A program made the translations under genes and the position numbers. From contig JAHQWD010000003.1 in assembly GCA_019634005.1 (NCBI GenBank), forward strand, positions 304,539-368,538: DNA of 64,000 nucleotides. The letters are read 5' to 3'. How positions within the stretch are numbered: the stretch's first letter is position 1; each line of letters begins with the position of its first letter. Positions 30,132 to 39,471 of this stretch are shown in pieces. The notes under the pieces were generated by a model that saw only the letters and a program-made list of their open reading frames with translations, ran no database searches and had not been told where the DNA came from. Source of the DNA: Candidatus Kaiserbacteria bacterium (lineage in GTDB: Bacteria > Patescibacteriota > Minisyncoccia > Phycocordibacterales > UBA918).

Positions 30132-32345
30132 TTATTTTGCCACCTGCACCGCTTCATCAAACTCAATGGAAAGTAGTTTCGATACCCCGTCATTCCCCAT
30201 AGTCACTCCGTAGAGTACCCCCGCTCGACTCATAGTCTCACGGTTGTGTGTAATTAAAATAAGTTGGGACTTTTCTGCAAGTGCAGTAATCATATCTCCA
30301 TACCGCCGACTATTCGCCTCATCAAGTGCGGCGTCCGTCTCATCAAGAATGATAAAGAGTGGCGGATTCACCTGACTCATCGCAAAGATAAGTGCGATGG
30401 ACGTCAGTGCTCGCTCTCCCCCTGAAAGCATATCGAGTCCCCGCACTCGTTTGTTCGGAAGCTTTACATCAATCTCAATACCTTCTGGTTCTTCATTTTC
30501 TTCTTCGTCAAACAATTCCCCCTCCTCTTTCTTACGTACCTTCGGCTTCACGCGAAGCAACTTCGCCTCCCCGCCGCCGAACATAAGCATAAAGAAGCGT
30601 TGGAACTCTGTATTGATCTTCTCAATACCAGAGATAAAGAGTGTGTCTAACTCTTTGGTGAGGTCTGCAATCAATTCCGTAAGCTTCGCTACCGACTGCT
30701 CAAGATCTTCAATCTCCCGTGCAAGAAACTCATCTCGCTCCTTTGCCTCATTGTATTCTTTAAGAATTTCATCTCCAGATCCCTGCCCAAGATCCTCAAG
30801 TCGCACCTTGAGTCGCTCAAGCTGTCGACGGCGTTCCCGTTGTACACTCCGATCTTCATGTGCAATATTCTCTGCGTCCTCAAGCACCTGGAAGTCCTTG
30901 TACGCACTCGCAGCACTTCGAATAAGTGCAACCGCTTCGCGAACCTCTCGCTCAAACTCTTCAGTGTCCCGCGTGAGCGTCCGCATATCTTCCTCAACAC
31001 GTTCGAGCACAGACTCCAGCTCTCTCTTTTCATTCATAAGCGTAAAGACTTCCCGTTCCGCCTCACGCTCTTCAGAGTGCTCCTCTTCAATAGATTTCTT
31101 CAGTGCTTCGTACTGTGCACGTAATTTCTCCTCTTCCTCAGAAACATTCGTAAGTTTTGCTTTGAAAGATTCTTGCTTTTGTTTTAATTCTGCAAGCTCT
31201 CTTTCATCCTCTACGCTCGTGTTCGCCTCATCTCGCGGACGCTCCAACAGAGCTTTCAGTGCTGTCACCGCTTTTTGAAACGCCGCACGGATATCCTCCT
31301 CCTCAAGTGCACGTTCCATCTCCTCTTTCACTCCTTTCACCTGCGCATATGGAATTGGTGCCTCAGATACCGCTTCTTCCTTTCGTCTCGCGTCAGCAAT
31401 ACGACGCTCCAAGAACGATACCTGCCCTTCAATTGTTCCGCTCTCTCGAAGTACCTCTTCCCTCTCTCTTCGGACGCGAGAAATCTCAGACTCTAAGTGC
31501 ACGAGCTCGTCGCTCTTCTCATCTTTTGCAGATTCTTGGAGCTTCGTCTTTGCTTTTTGGAGAAGGTCATTCAGCTCTCCTAACCGTCGCTCTGGTGTCT
31601 CTTTCCGTTCTATAAGTGCTTTCTTCTGATGCGTAAGATACACATCTTCTCGGTAGAGATACTCCGCATATACGCCTTTCAGTTCTTCGCGTAGATCTTG
31701 TGCCTTCTCAAACTTCTTTACCTGTCGCTTTAGTGACGCAAGGTGTGGCGCCACCTCCCTTCGGAGTCCTTCAACATGCTCAATGTTATCCAGTGTCTTC
31801 CTAAGCTTCTGCTCACTCTCTTTCTTTTTATATTGATACACCTTGAGTCCAAGCGCGTCCTCGATCATTTCACGGCGCTCTTTTGGACTGGCGGTAAGGA
31901 TTCTGTCTGCCTCTCCTTGAGAAATAATGTGATGTCCAGTAGATCCGATATTTGCAGCAGCGAGGAGACTTTGTACGTCTTTGAGTCGTGTACGTGAGCT
32001 GTTCACGAGGTACTCATTTGAACCGTCGCGATGGACGACACGTTCGACAACGATCTCATCAAAATCTAATGGAAAGATTCTTTTTTCATTAGAGAGCGTC
32101 AGCTGTACCGAGGCGCGGTTTGCCCGAGACACAGAAGAAGACCCACTGAAGATAAGATCCTCTCCTTTCTTCCCTCGCATCTTCGATGTTGACTGCTCTC
32201 CAAGCGCAAATCGAAAACTCTCTGCCACGTTACTCTTCCCAGACCCATTAGGACCGACGATGGCAGTGATGGGTGTTTTAAACTCCAAGCCACTCTTTTT
32301 TGCAAAGGACTTGAACCCGTTGATTGTAAGTTCCTTTAGATACAT
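30132..32345 (-). CDS. smc: Short SMC-family ATPase
   Basis: GFKSFA, GPNGSGKSN, coiled coils, LSGGE, FIILDETDAALDEAN and ITHN. Only 737 aa. Confidence 0.88.
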   Translation of the reverse strand: MYLKELTINGFKSFAKKSGLEFKTPITAIVGPNGSGKSNVAESFRFALGEQSTSKMRGKKGEDLIFSGSSSVSRANRASVQLTLSNEKRIFPLDFDEIVVERVVHRDGSNEYLVNSSRTRLKDVQSLLAAANIGSTGHHIISQGEADRILTASPKERREMIEDALGLKVYQYKKKESEQKLRKTLDNIEHVEGLRREVAPHLASLKRQVKKFEKAQDLREELKGVYAEYLYREDVYLTHQKKALIERKETPERRLGELNDLLQKAKTKLQESAKDEKSDELVHLESEISRVRREREEVLRESGTIEGQVSFLERRIADARRKEEAVSEAPIPYAQVKGVKEEMERALEEEDIRAAFQKAVTALKALLERPRDEANTSVEDERELAELKQKQESFKAKLTNVSEEEEKLRAQYEALKKSIEEEHSEEREAEREVFTLMNEKRELESVLERVEEDMRTLTRDTEEFEREVREAVALIRSAASAYKDFQVLEDAENIAHEDRSVQRERRRQLERLKVRLEDLGQGSGDEILKEYNEAKERDEFLAREIEDLEQSVAKLTELIADLTKELDTLFISGIEKINTEFQRFFMLMFGGGEAKLLRVKPKVRKKEEGELFDEEENEEPEGIEIDVKLPNKRVRGLDMLSGGERALTSIALIFAMSQVNPPLFIILDETDAALDEANSRRYGDMITALAEKSQLILITHNRETMSRAGVLYGVTMGNDGVSKLLSIEFDEAVQVAK

Positions 32346-32348
32346 GTA

Positions 32349-32849
32349 TTACCAACACTCAGCTCCTGCAGAATAGACGGCATACGATGCCTGGTCTGCA
32401 CTAGTCATTGAACCTCCACAACTATTCGGATACCGAGCATAGTCATCACCTTTCGCAAGTGTCTCTGTCTCTACGACGTTATACGCCATAAACTTATATT
32501 CACTGAAATCAGAGTTTGTACGATAGATGTACCCGTATGTATCATCTGTTGGATCGGTTGGAAGCTGTAAGATGTTATTGAGTCCATCGATATACTCTTC
32601 ACAGGTTCCATAGTTAGACCCATGTCCTGTCCACTGAGTAGTATTCCGTGAACATCCGACGTCTGGGTACTGCCCATATGCCTCTCGATATATTTCAATA
32701 GAGAGTCGTGCCTGCTCTACAGCAGCCAGCCGTTGTTTGTCTCGCGCATCTGCTCGCGCATCGCTAAGACCCCCTACAACAATAGAAGAGAGTATCGCGA
32801 TGATAGCCACCGCAACTAAAAGCTCAACAAGCGTAAATCCGCGTCTCAT
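32349..32849 (-). CDS. Type IV pilin/pseudopilin-like protein
   Basis: Class III signal RRG|FTLVELLVAVAIIAIL, then ARADARDKQR...YP and a Cys-containing C-terminus. Confidence 0.88.
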   Translation of the reverse strand: MRRGFTLVELLVAVAIIAILSSIVVGGLSDARADARDKQRLAAVEQARLSIEIYREAYGQYPDVGCSRNTTQWTGHGSNYGTCEEYIDGLNNILQLPTDPTDDTYGYIYRTNSDFSEYKFMAYNVVETETLAKGDDYARYPNSCGGSMTSADQASYAVYSAGAECW

Positions 32850-32899
32850 ACCAATAGTATACAGTAGAAACGACGCACTCGCGTGCGCCGTTTCGTGGA

Positions 32900-33613
32900 T
32901 TACCACCCTTTAGTCTCAATGGCATTCTCTGCAGCCTCCTGCTCTGCCTCCTGTTTCGCTCGCCCCGTTCCTTCAGCAACCTTTGTCTCTCCAAAGAAGA
33001 CACCGACGGTAAATACTCTATCGTGATCTGGTCCTTCCTGTCCCAACGTCTGATAGCTTGGCGTCACATTTTCTTTTTCCTGCGCAAGCTCCTGCAGACG
33101 ACTCTTTGCATCCTGCCAAAGGCGCTTTTCTACAATCTCCTCAGTACGAGGGAAAAGGTTGTCTGCGATAAACTGCTCTGCCTTCTCGTATCCCTGATCT
33201 AGGTAGATTCCTCCAATGAGTGCCTCAAATGCATTGGCAAGAATATATTGCCGCGCACGACCCATATCTTTTGCCTCCCCTTTTGAAAGGAGGAGAAAAT
33301 CATTCACGCCAAGACGAGTGGATGCATCTGCAAGTGACACCGTGTTTACAAGTGCCGCACGAATCGCAGTGAGTTCCCCTTCTGGCTTCTCTGGATATTT
33401 CTTAAACAGGAAGTCTGTCACGACAAGTTCAAGAACAGCGTCCCCAAGGAACTCATACCGCTCGTTATGATCCTGTGTTGCATCACGATGCTCGTTCAAA
33501 TATGAACGATGGGTAATTGCGGTTAATAGGTTGGTTTTGTCTGTAAAACTGATACCAAGTATTGACTCCAGTTTTGCAAACTCGACCGAATTTGTTTCGT
33601 TGTTTATTTCCAT
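32900..33613 (-). CDS. rnc: Ribonuclease III
   Basis: THRSY, NERYEFLGDAVL, AFEALIGGIYLDQG and dsRBD GPDHDRVF. Confidence 0.97.
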   Translation of the reverse strand: MEINNETNSVEFAKLESILGISFTDKTNLLTAITHRSYLNEHRDATQDHNERYEFLGDAVLELVVTDFLFKKYPEKPEGELTAIRAALVNTVSLADASTRLGVNDFLLLSKGEAKDMGRARQYILANAFEALIGGIYLDQGYEKAEQFIADNLFPRTEEIVEKRLWQDAKSRLQELAQEKENVTPSYQTLGQEGPDHDRVFTVGVFFGETKVAEGTGRAKQEAEQEAAENAIETKGW

Positions 33614-33636
33614 ATAGTGGCTACGCTACCACAGAT

Positions 33637-34536
33637 TTATTTCTTGGCAACGAGCATCGTGACCGCCTTGGTCACAATCGGGAGAATGTCCTCGTAGAAG
33701 TTGAGCTCTAGAATATCGGTAATCTTGAACCACTTCGCGTCATCAAGACCCCCTTTCTGCTCCAACTCAATGTCGGTGTATGGAGACTGTGCGAGGAAGT
33801 AGGTGACCTGCTTACGCACTTTCCCTTTCTCTGGATGTGACGCAACGTACTCATTCTTTCCAAGTTCGCTTTCTACTTCAATATCAAGACCAATCTCCTC
33901 TTTAATCTTTCGCTGTGCACCCTCTTTCAAATCTTCATTTTCTTCAATACCCCCCTTTGAAAGCGTCCAGTGACCAAATATATCATGTACAAGTGCAAGA
34001 AAAACATCTCCGTTCTCATCCTTTGCGTACACAACTGCCCCCACCTTTCTTTCAATGTCCATTTCATCAAACGGAATATCCTTCTTCTTTCGTGCAGATC
34101 CTTCATCCTTACCTGGCTCTCCGATTTCTTTGTACACGGCACCAAGCACTCCATTGATGAATCGACTGGAGTTGTCTCCACCAAACTGTTTTGCAAGCTC
34201 AATCGCCTCATTGATTGCCACCTTTGCAGGCACCTGGGAACGATCTGCAAAAAGAAGCTCGTACAGACCGAGTCTGAGTATGTTTCGGTCTACTGGAGAA
34301 ATACGATCAATAGGCCACTCTGGCGCAGCTTTCTCAATAATTAAATCTAGTTCCGACTTTTTGGAAGTAACTCCGTCAAGGAGCTGTGTCATAAATGGCA
34401 TGTCCGACTTATTCTGAGCAAATTCTTCCACATTACGAGAAAGAGCCTCCGATGCTTCGGCTTTTCCCATATCGCCCTGATCCCATTCAAAGAGCGTCTG
34501 AAGAACAATTGATCGTGAAAGATGTCTCTGTGCCAT
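33637..34536 (-). CDS. nusB: NusB fused to a C-terminal NUDIX domain
   Basis: RHLSRSIVLQTLFEWD, DRNILRLG, KVAINEAIELAK and FINGVLG, then WTLSKGGIEENEDLKEGAQRKIKEEIGL. Confidence 0.92.
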   Translation of the reverse strand: MAQRHLSRSIVLQTLFEWDQGDMGKAEASEALSRNVEEFAQNKSDMPFMTQLLDGVTSKKSELDLIIEKAAPEWPIDRISPVDRNILRLGLYELLFADRSQVPAKVAINEAIELAKQFGGDNSSRFINGVLGAVYKEIGEPGKDEGSARKKKDIPFDEMDIERKVGAVVYAKDENGDVFLALVHDIFGHWTLSKGGIEENEDLKEGAQRKIKEEIGLDIEVESELGKNEYVASHPEKGKVRKQVTYFLAQSPYTDIELEQKGGLDDAKWFKITDILELNFYEDILPIVTKAVTMLVAKK

Positions 34537-34596
34537 ATACTCTCGTTTCTCTAGTACTATATCAAAAAAATCCCAGTTGTGGGATTTTTTGGTGGA

Positions 34597-34959
34597 TTAC
34601 TCTGGTTTCTTCTCTGGTTTTGTGTCCTGTGTATTTTCCTCAGTAGCCTTCTTTGAAGTATCTTCCTCTGGAGTTACTGGAGTCTCCTCCATAACTTCTG
34701 GCGTTGCCTCTGGAGCAGCTTCCGCCATCTCTGACTGGATACGCTCTCGGCGTGCTTCCATACGCGCTTCGCGCTCTTTACGCTTTGTCTCAAGATCCAT
34801 CACCTGCCGTCCATTGTAGTACCCACAATTAAGACACATGTGGTGCGGACGATGCATTTCGCCACAATTTGGGCACTTTGAAAGCGTCGCTTCCTTAAGC
34901 GCGTGGTGTGATCGGCGGTTCTTTGTGTGAGACCGCGTATGTCGCATTCGTATAACCAT
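34597..34959 (-). CDS. rpmF: 50S ribosomal protein L32 with C-terminal extension
   Basis: RRSHHAL...CPNCG...RPHHMCLNCGYYNGRQV. Confidence 0.95.
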   Translation of the reverse strand: MVIRMRHTRSHTKNRRSHHALKEATLSKCPNCGEMHRPHHMCLNCGYYNGRQVMDLETKRKEREARMEARRERIQSEMAEAAPEATPEVMEETPVTPEEDTSKKATEENTQDTKPEKKPE

Positions 34960-35059
34960 AGTGGCGACAACTATAACAGATAGACCCTAGAATTGCAATA
35001 TAAAATAAGACCGGTAGCCACCGTGGTGACATACCGGTTCTTTTTGAGATTCCTCGCTG

Positions 35060-35341
35060 TTACGCAGCGATCTTGTTCGGAGACTTACCTTCTTTTTTTT
35101 GTTCTTGTCTCTCATAGTTGGGACAAGCACCCCTTGGGATTGCACGCCAACCAGCATCGGATCCTTTCGATCCGCAAAAAACTGATGCGAGCAGTCTCCC
35201 TTTGTGAAGACTATCGCCACCGTGGCAATTCTTACAGGTTGCGCACGGAGCTTTCATTTCGTCGAGTCTCTTTCGACATTGTTCCTCTTTACGATTTGCA
35301 AGGAAATCCATATTCCCTTCCATCTCTACCCCAGAACTCAT
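35060..35341 (-). CDS. Hypothetical Cys-rich orphan protein (83-93 aa)
   Basis: CATCKNC plus three further Cys. Purine-rich SD-like sites precede ATG 35341 and ATG 35311. Promoter TTGATT-N16-TATTCT lies in the rnhB 3' end, with a terminator-like hairpin at about 35010-35038. Confidence 0.55.
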   Translation of the reverse strand: MSSGVEMEGNMDFLANRKEEQCRKRLDEMKAPCATCKNCHGGDSLHKGRLLASVFCGSKGSDAGWRAIPRGACPNYERQEQKKEGKSPNKIAA

Positions 35342-35420
35342 TTTCAGACCTCTTCTTTTGTAAGATTAAGAACATACCCTTGGTCTCTTCCAAGGGTACT
35401 CAAGAGAATACCATTAGACC

Positions 35421-36008
35421 TCAAGAAATCAACCCCCTACAATACGATCTCCTGTGCACATCTGATACCCCATTCTCCAGTATTGCCTCCCTGTGCTTTT
35501 TCGTGCCATACCCTTTGTGTATATGAAAATCGTACTCTGCATATTGCTTAGAAATACGGACCATATACCTATCCCGTGTTACTTTCGCAAGAATAGATGC
35601 AAGTCCAATGACTTTCTCTTTTGCGTCTCCTTTTATAATGGTCTGCTGCATCTCAAACGCTTTCGGAGCATACAAAAGTCCATCGAGTCGCACATCGGTC
35701 TCTTTTGGATCAAGATTAAGTCCTCGAAATGCTCTTTGTATCGCAGATCGAATACACGGATTAATGCCTCTAGTATCAATGGAGTTCGCATGCACCATAG
35801 CAACTCTATAATCCAGAACACCGTCTCTCTTTAGTTTCTTTGCACGTATGAAAATTTCTTCCCTTCTTTTCTCTGATAGCTTTTTAGAATCTGTGACACC
35901 TGGAAGAAGGCTCCAGTCAAAATCGTGGAAAACACAGGCCACACCGACAGACACAGGCCCCGCAAGCGGCCCTCTTCCTGCCTCATCTACTCCCACAATA
36001 TGCTTCAT
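35421..36008 (-). CDS. rnhB: Ribonuclease HII
   Basis: GVDEAGRGPLAGPV, DSKKLS, KGD, ASILAKVTRD and HKGYGT. Confidence 0.97.
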   Translation of the reverse strand: MKHIVGVDEAGRGPLAGPVSVGVACVFHDFDWSLLPGVTDSKKLSEKRREEIFIRAKKLKRDGVLDYRVAMVHANSIDTRGINPCIRSAIQRAFRGLNLDPKETDVRLDGLLYAPKAFEMQQTIIKGDAKEKVIGLASILAKVTRDRYMVRISKQYAEYDFHIHKGYGTKKHREAILENGVSDVHRRSYCRGLIS

Positions 36009-36055
36009 CGTACGTACATACTACCAGAAACGAAGTTTGCTATACTGGTACCACT

Positions 36056-39000
36056 ATGGCAGAGAAACTGGAGGCAGACTTTATACATCTACACGTACAC
36101 AGCCACTATTCTCTTTTGAATGCACTCCCCACTCCAAAGGAGCTTGCCGCTGCCGCAAAGGCAGATGGCATGCCTGCACTTGCCATCACCGATGCTGGCG
36201 CACTCTATGGTGCAATCGATTTCTATAAAGCGTGTACGAAAGAAGGTATTAAGCCAATTATTGGTGTTGATGCATTCCTTGCACCACGCACCATGGCGGA
36301 CAAAGAGGGGCGCATCGATAAACCACGAGGGCGTGTCGTTCTTCTCGCAAAGAATAACAACGGGTATAAGAACCTCATCGAGATGGTCACCCGAAGCTAC
36401 TGTGATGGTTTTTATTATCGTCCTCGCATAGATCATGAGCTCTTAGAAAAATACAAAGATGATCTCATCTGTATTATCCCGTCATTCAGTGGAGAACCCG
36501 TACTTGCACTGAAAGACGAACATCCTGAACAGGCAGGTGCATCTCTCGACTGGTACAAGAGTGTCTTTCAGGACGACTGTTACCTTGAGATCACCCATCA
36601 CCCAGAAATTCTTGGACATGAGACGACACAGAAGAAAATTATCGAGCTTGCACAGGGATCCAATACACCACTCGTTGCCGCACACGATGTGTACTATCTC
36701 AACAAGGAAGATCATATTGCACGAGAGGCACTCATAAAAATCCAGAATGGCGGTGTCGTCGATCCGTCCGACTTTGACGATGACCACGAAGACTTCTCTT
36801 TTATTACCCAAGAGAAGGCACAGGAACTCTTCAAAGACACTCCAGAGGCACTCTCAAACACCGTAAAGATTGCAGAACAGTGCACGGTAGACATTACCCT
36901 TGGACAGGAAGCATGGCAGTTTCCTCACTTCCCCATTGAAAGCGGTAAAGAACCAGATGCAGAACTTCACGATCGTGCGTATGAGGGTATTGTATGGCGC
37001 GGTCTTGATCCAGAGGATTCTACGATCAAAGAGCGACTCGAGTACGAACTTGGCATCATTAAGACAAAGGGGTATGCAAAATACTTCCTCGTGGTAGGAG
37101 ATCTCCTTCGTGAGTCTCGAGAGCGAGGAATTCTCACCACTATTCGCGGATCCGTTGCGGGGTCACTCACCACGTACGTGCTTGGAATTACGAACGTAAA
37201 CCCGCTGGAATACAAACTGCCGTTTGAGCGTTTCCTCAATCCCGAACGACCATCCGCGCCAGATATCGATATGGACTTCGCCGATAATCGGCGTGACGAG
37301 ATTATCGGGTATGCTCGTGACAAGTACGGGCATGATCATGTGGCACAGATTGGTACTTTTGGAACCATGATGGCACGTGCGGCTGTACGAGATGTAGCTC
37401 GTGCGCTTGGACACCCATACAGTGTGGGAGATAAAATTGCAAAACTCATTCCGATGGGAAGCCAAGGGTTCCCGATGACCATTGAGAAGGCGATGGATAT
37501 TGAACCTGACCTCAAGAAACTCTACAAGAGTGACCATGAAACGAGAGAGATTATTGATCTTGCGAAAAAAATCGAAGGTCGTGCACGCCACGTAGGAGTA
37601 CACGCTGCTGGAGTGGTGATCGCCCCAGAACCACTGAATCAATACGTGCCTGTACAGCCCGACCAGAAAACAGGAAAACTCATCACACAGTACGAGATGC
37701 ATAGTGTAGGAGAGGACGGTGTAGGGCTTCTTAAGTTTGACTTCCTTGGCATTAAGAATCTTGCCATCCTCGCGGACGCGGTAAAACGCGTACGAAAAAT
37801 TCATGGAGTGGAAATTGATATTGAAGATATTGATCTCGCAGATAAAAAAACATTTGAGATCTTAGCAAGTGGACAAACTATGGGACTCTTCCAGTTGAAC
37901 GGTTCGGGAATGACCGCGTTCTTGAAGCAACTAAAGCCAACCACTATTCACGACATCAACGCGATGGTGGCCCTCTACCGACCTGGTCCGATGGAGTCTA
38001 TTCCTCAATATATTGAACGAAAGCATAACCAGTCGCTCATTTCATATCTCGACCCTCGTCTTGAAAACATTCTTGATCGTTCGTACGGAGTGATTACCTA
38101 CCAGGACGACGTGATGATGATCGCGCGAGAACTTGCGGGATACTCATGGCTTGAGGCAGATATGCTCCGAAAGGCGATGGGTAAGAAGATTCCTGAGGTG
38201 ATGGAAGCAGAAAAAGATAAGTTGCTTGAAGGATTCCAAAAGCACGGAAAGCTTCCCCCAACGCTCGCAGAGAAACTGTGGAGACTGATCGAACCATTTG
38301 CTGCTTACGGATTCAACAAAGCACACGCTGCAAGTTATGGGCGAGTGGCGTATCAGACGGCCTATATGAAAGCGAACTATCCCGTGGAGTACATGTCTGC
38401 GGTATTGACCGCGGACTCTGGCGATACGGATAAGATCTCTGAGATTATCCATGAGTGTGATCGTATGGGTATCGAGGTGCTTCCACCAGACATTAACGAG
38501 AGCTTTTCAGATTTCTCAGTGGTGCCCGCAAAGGATGGTGGGGACGCAAAGATTCGCTTTGGACTGACTACCATTAAAAACTTCGGTGAAGGTATCGCTG
38601 ACGCAATTATTGAAGAGCGTAAAACAGGTGGACCATTTACTTCCCTCTCGGACTTTCTTACCAGAGTGACCGACAAGAATCTTAATAAAAAGTCTCTTGA
38701 GTCTCTGATCAAAGTCGGCGCATTCGATCAATTTGAAGAACGCAATACGATGCTTGAGAATCTCGACACCATGCTCGCATACAACAAAGAGCACGCTGCA
38801 GGGCAAGAGTCCGCACAAGACTCCCTTTTTGGAGGACTTGAGGATAACTCATTCCATGAACTCTCACTAAAGAAGGTGGGCCCCGCATCCATGACAGAAC
38901 TTCTTATTTGGGAGCGAGACTTACTTGGAGTCTACGTATCAGGGCACCCACTTGAGGAGTTCAAAGAGGAACTTAAGAAACGCGCCTCCATCAGCGATGT

Positions 39001-39286
39001 GAGAGCAGATGGACGCAACGGCATTCCCGTTGTCACCGCAGGACTCATAGAATCCGTCCGAGAACTCCTTACCAAAAAAGGAGACCGTATGGCATTTGTA
39101 CAGCTTGCGGATCAAAAAGAATCGATCGAGATGGTGGCTTTTCCAGAAGTCTTCACCACCTATAAAGAGCTTCTTGTACCAGGGACGTGTGTTGCAGTGA
39201 AGGGGCGGCTCTCTATACGTAATGACGAACCAACCATTGCTCTTGAACGAGCAAAACTGCTTGCAAAGAACGAGGAAACAGACTAG
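36056..39286 (+). CDS. dnaE: DNA polymerase III alpha subunit
   Basis: HLHVHSHYSLL PHP domain, RGSVAGS, PDIDMDF, GLLKFDFLG and YGFNKAHA. Confidence 0.98.
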   Translation: MAEKLEADFIHLHVHSHYSLLNALPTPKELAAAAKADGMPALAITDAGALYGAIDFYKACTKEGIKPIIGVDAFLAPRTMADKEGRIDKPRGRVVLLAKNNNGYKNLIEMVTRSYCDGFYYRPRIDHELLEKYKDDLICIIPSFSGEPVLALKDEHPEQAGASLDWYKSVFQDDCYLEITHHPEILGHETTQKKIIELAQGSNTPLVAAHDVYYLNKEDHIAREALIKIQNGGVVDPSDFDDDHEDFSFITQEKAQELFKDTPEALSNTVKIAEQCTVDITLGQEAWQFPHFPIESGKEPDAELHDRAYEGIVWRGLDPEDSTIKERLEYELGIIKTKGYAKYFLVVGDLLRESRERGILTTIRGSVAGSLTTYVLGITNVNPLEYKLPFERFLNPERPSAPDIDMDFADNRRDEIIGYARDKYGHDHVAQIGTFGTMMARAAVRDVARALGHPYSVGDKIAKLIPMGSQGFPMTIEKAMDIEPDLKKLYKSDHETREIIDLAKKIEGRARHVGVHAAGVVIAPEPLNQYVPVQPDQKTGKLITQYEMHSVGEDGVGLLKFDFLGIKNLAILADAVKRVRKIHGVEIDIEDIDLADKKTFEILASGQTMGLFQLNGSGMTAFLKQLKPTTIHDINAMVALYRPGPMESIPQYIERKHNQSLISYLDPRLENILDRSYGVITYQDDVMMIARELAGYSWLEADMLRKAMGKKIPEVMEAEKDKLLEGFQKHGKLPPTLAEKLWRLIEPFAAYGFNKAHAASYGRVAYQTAYMKANYPVEYMSAVLTADSGDTDKISEIIHECDRMGIEVLPPDINESFSDFSVVPAKDGGDAKIRFGLTTIKNFGEGIADAIIEERKTGGPFTSLSDFLTRVTDKNLNKKSLESLIKVGAFDQFEERNTMLENLDTMLAYNKEHAAGQESAQDSLFGGLEDNSFHELSLKKVGPASMTELLIWERDLLGVYVSGHPLEEFKEELKKRASISDVRADGRNGIPVVTAGLIESVRELLTKKGDRMAFVQLADQKESIEMVAFPEVFTTYKELLVPGTCVAVKGRLSIRNDEPTIALERAKLLAKNEETD

Positions 39287-39295
39287 GATTAAGTC

Positions 39296-39452
39296 ATCAG
39301 AGATTGCTTCGGCTACCACCCGAAGATGGAGTCCATGTCATATGACCTAATCTGATCAATGAAGTGCCTCTTTGTGAGGAAGCTCGGTGGAACCGCGGCA
39401 AAGACCGTCCGAGCAAGCGCATGATTTTCATGTGTTTGCTCGGGCGTTTTTA
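39296..39452 (+). promoter_or_regulatory. T-box riboswitch leader of thrS
   Basis: T-box GGTGGAACCGCG (39386-39397) pairing with CGTCC, a stem III CCTC/GAGG, terminator CCGAGCAAGCGCATG/CATGTGTTTGCTCGG plus T-tract, candidate ACC (Thr) specifiers, and promoter TTGCAA-N17-TAGGAT (39261-39289). Confidence 0.85.
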
Positions 39453-39471
39453 TTTATCTAACACAGCATCT

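Noticed and set aside
30397-31278. Long antisense ORFs (also 9331-10059, 27297-27842, 56497-57180, 12036-12665, 37163-37804)
   Set aside because: They are shadows of well-supported genes on the opposite strand, with biased composition and no motifs.
39364-39471. N-terminal extension of ThrRS in the ORF track
   Set aside because: This stretch is the T-box antiterminator and terminator. The real start is ATG 39472.
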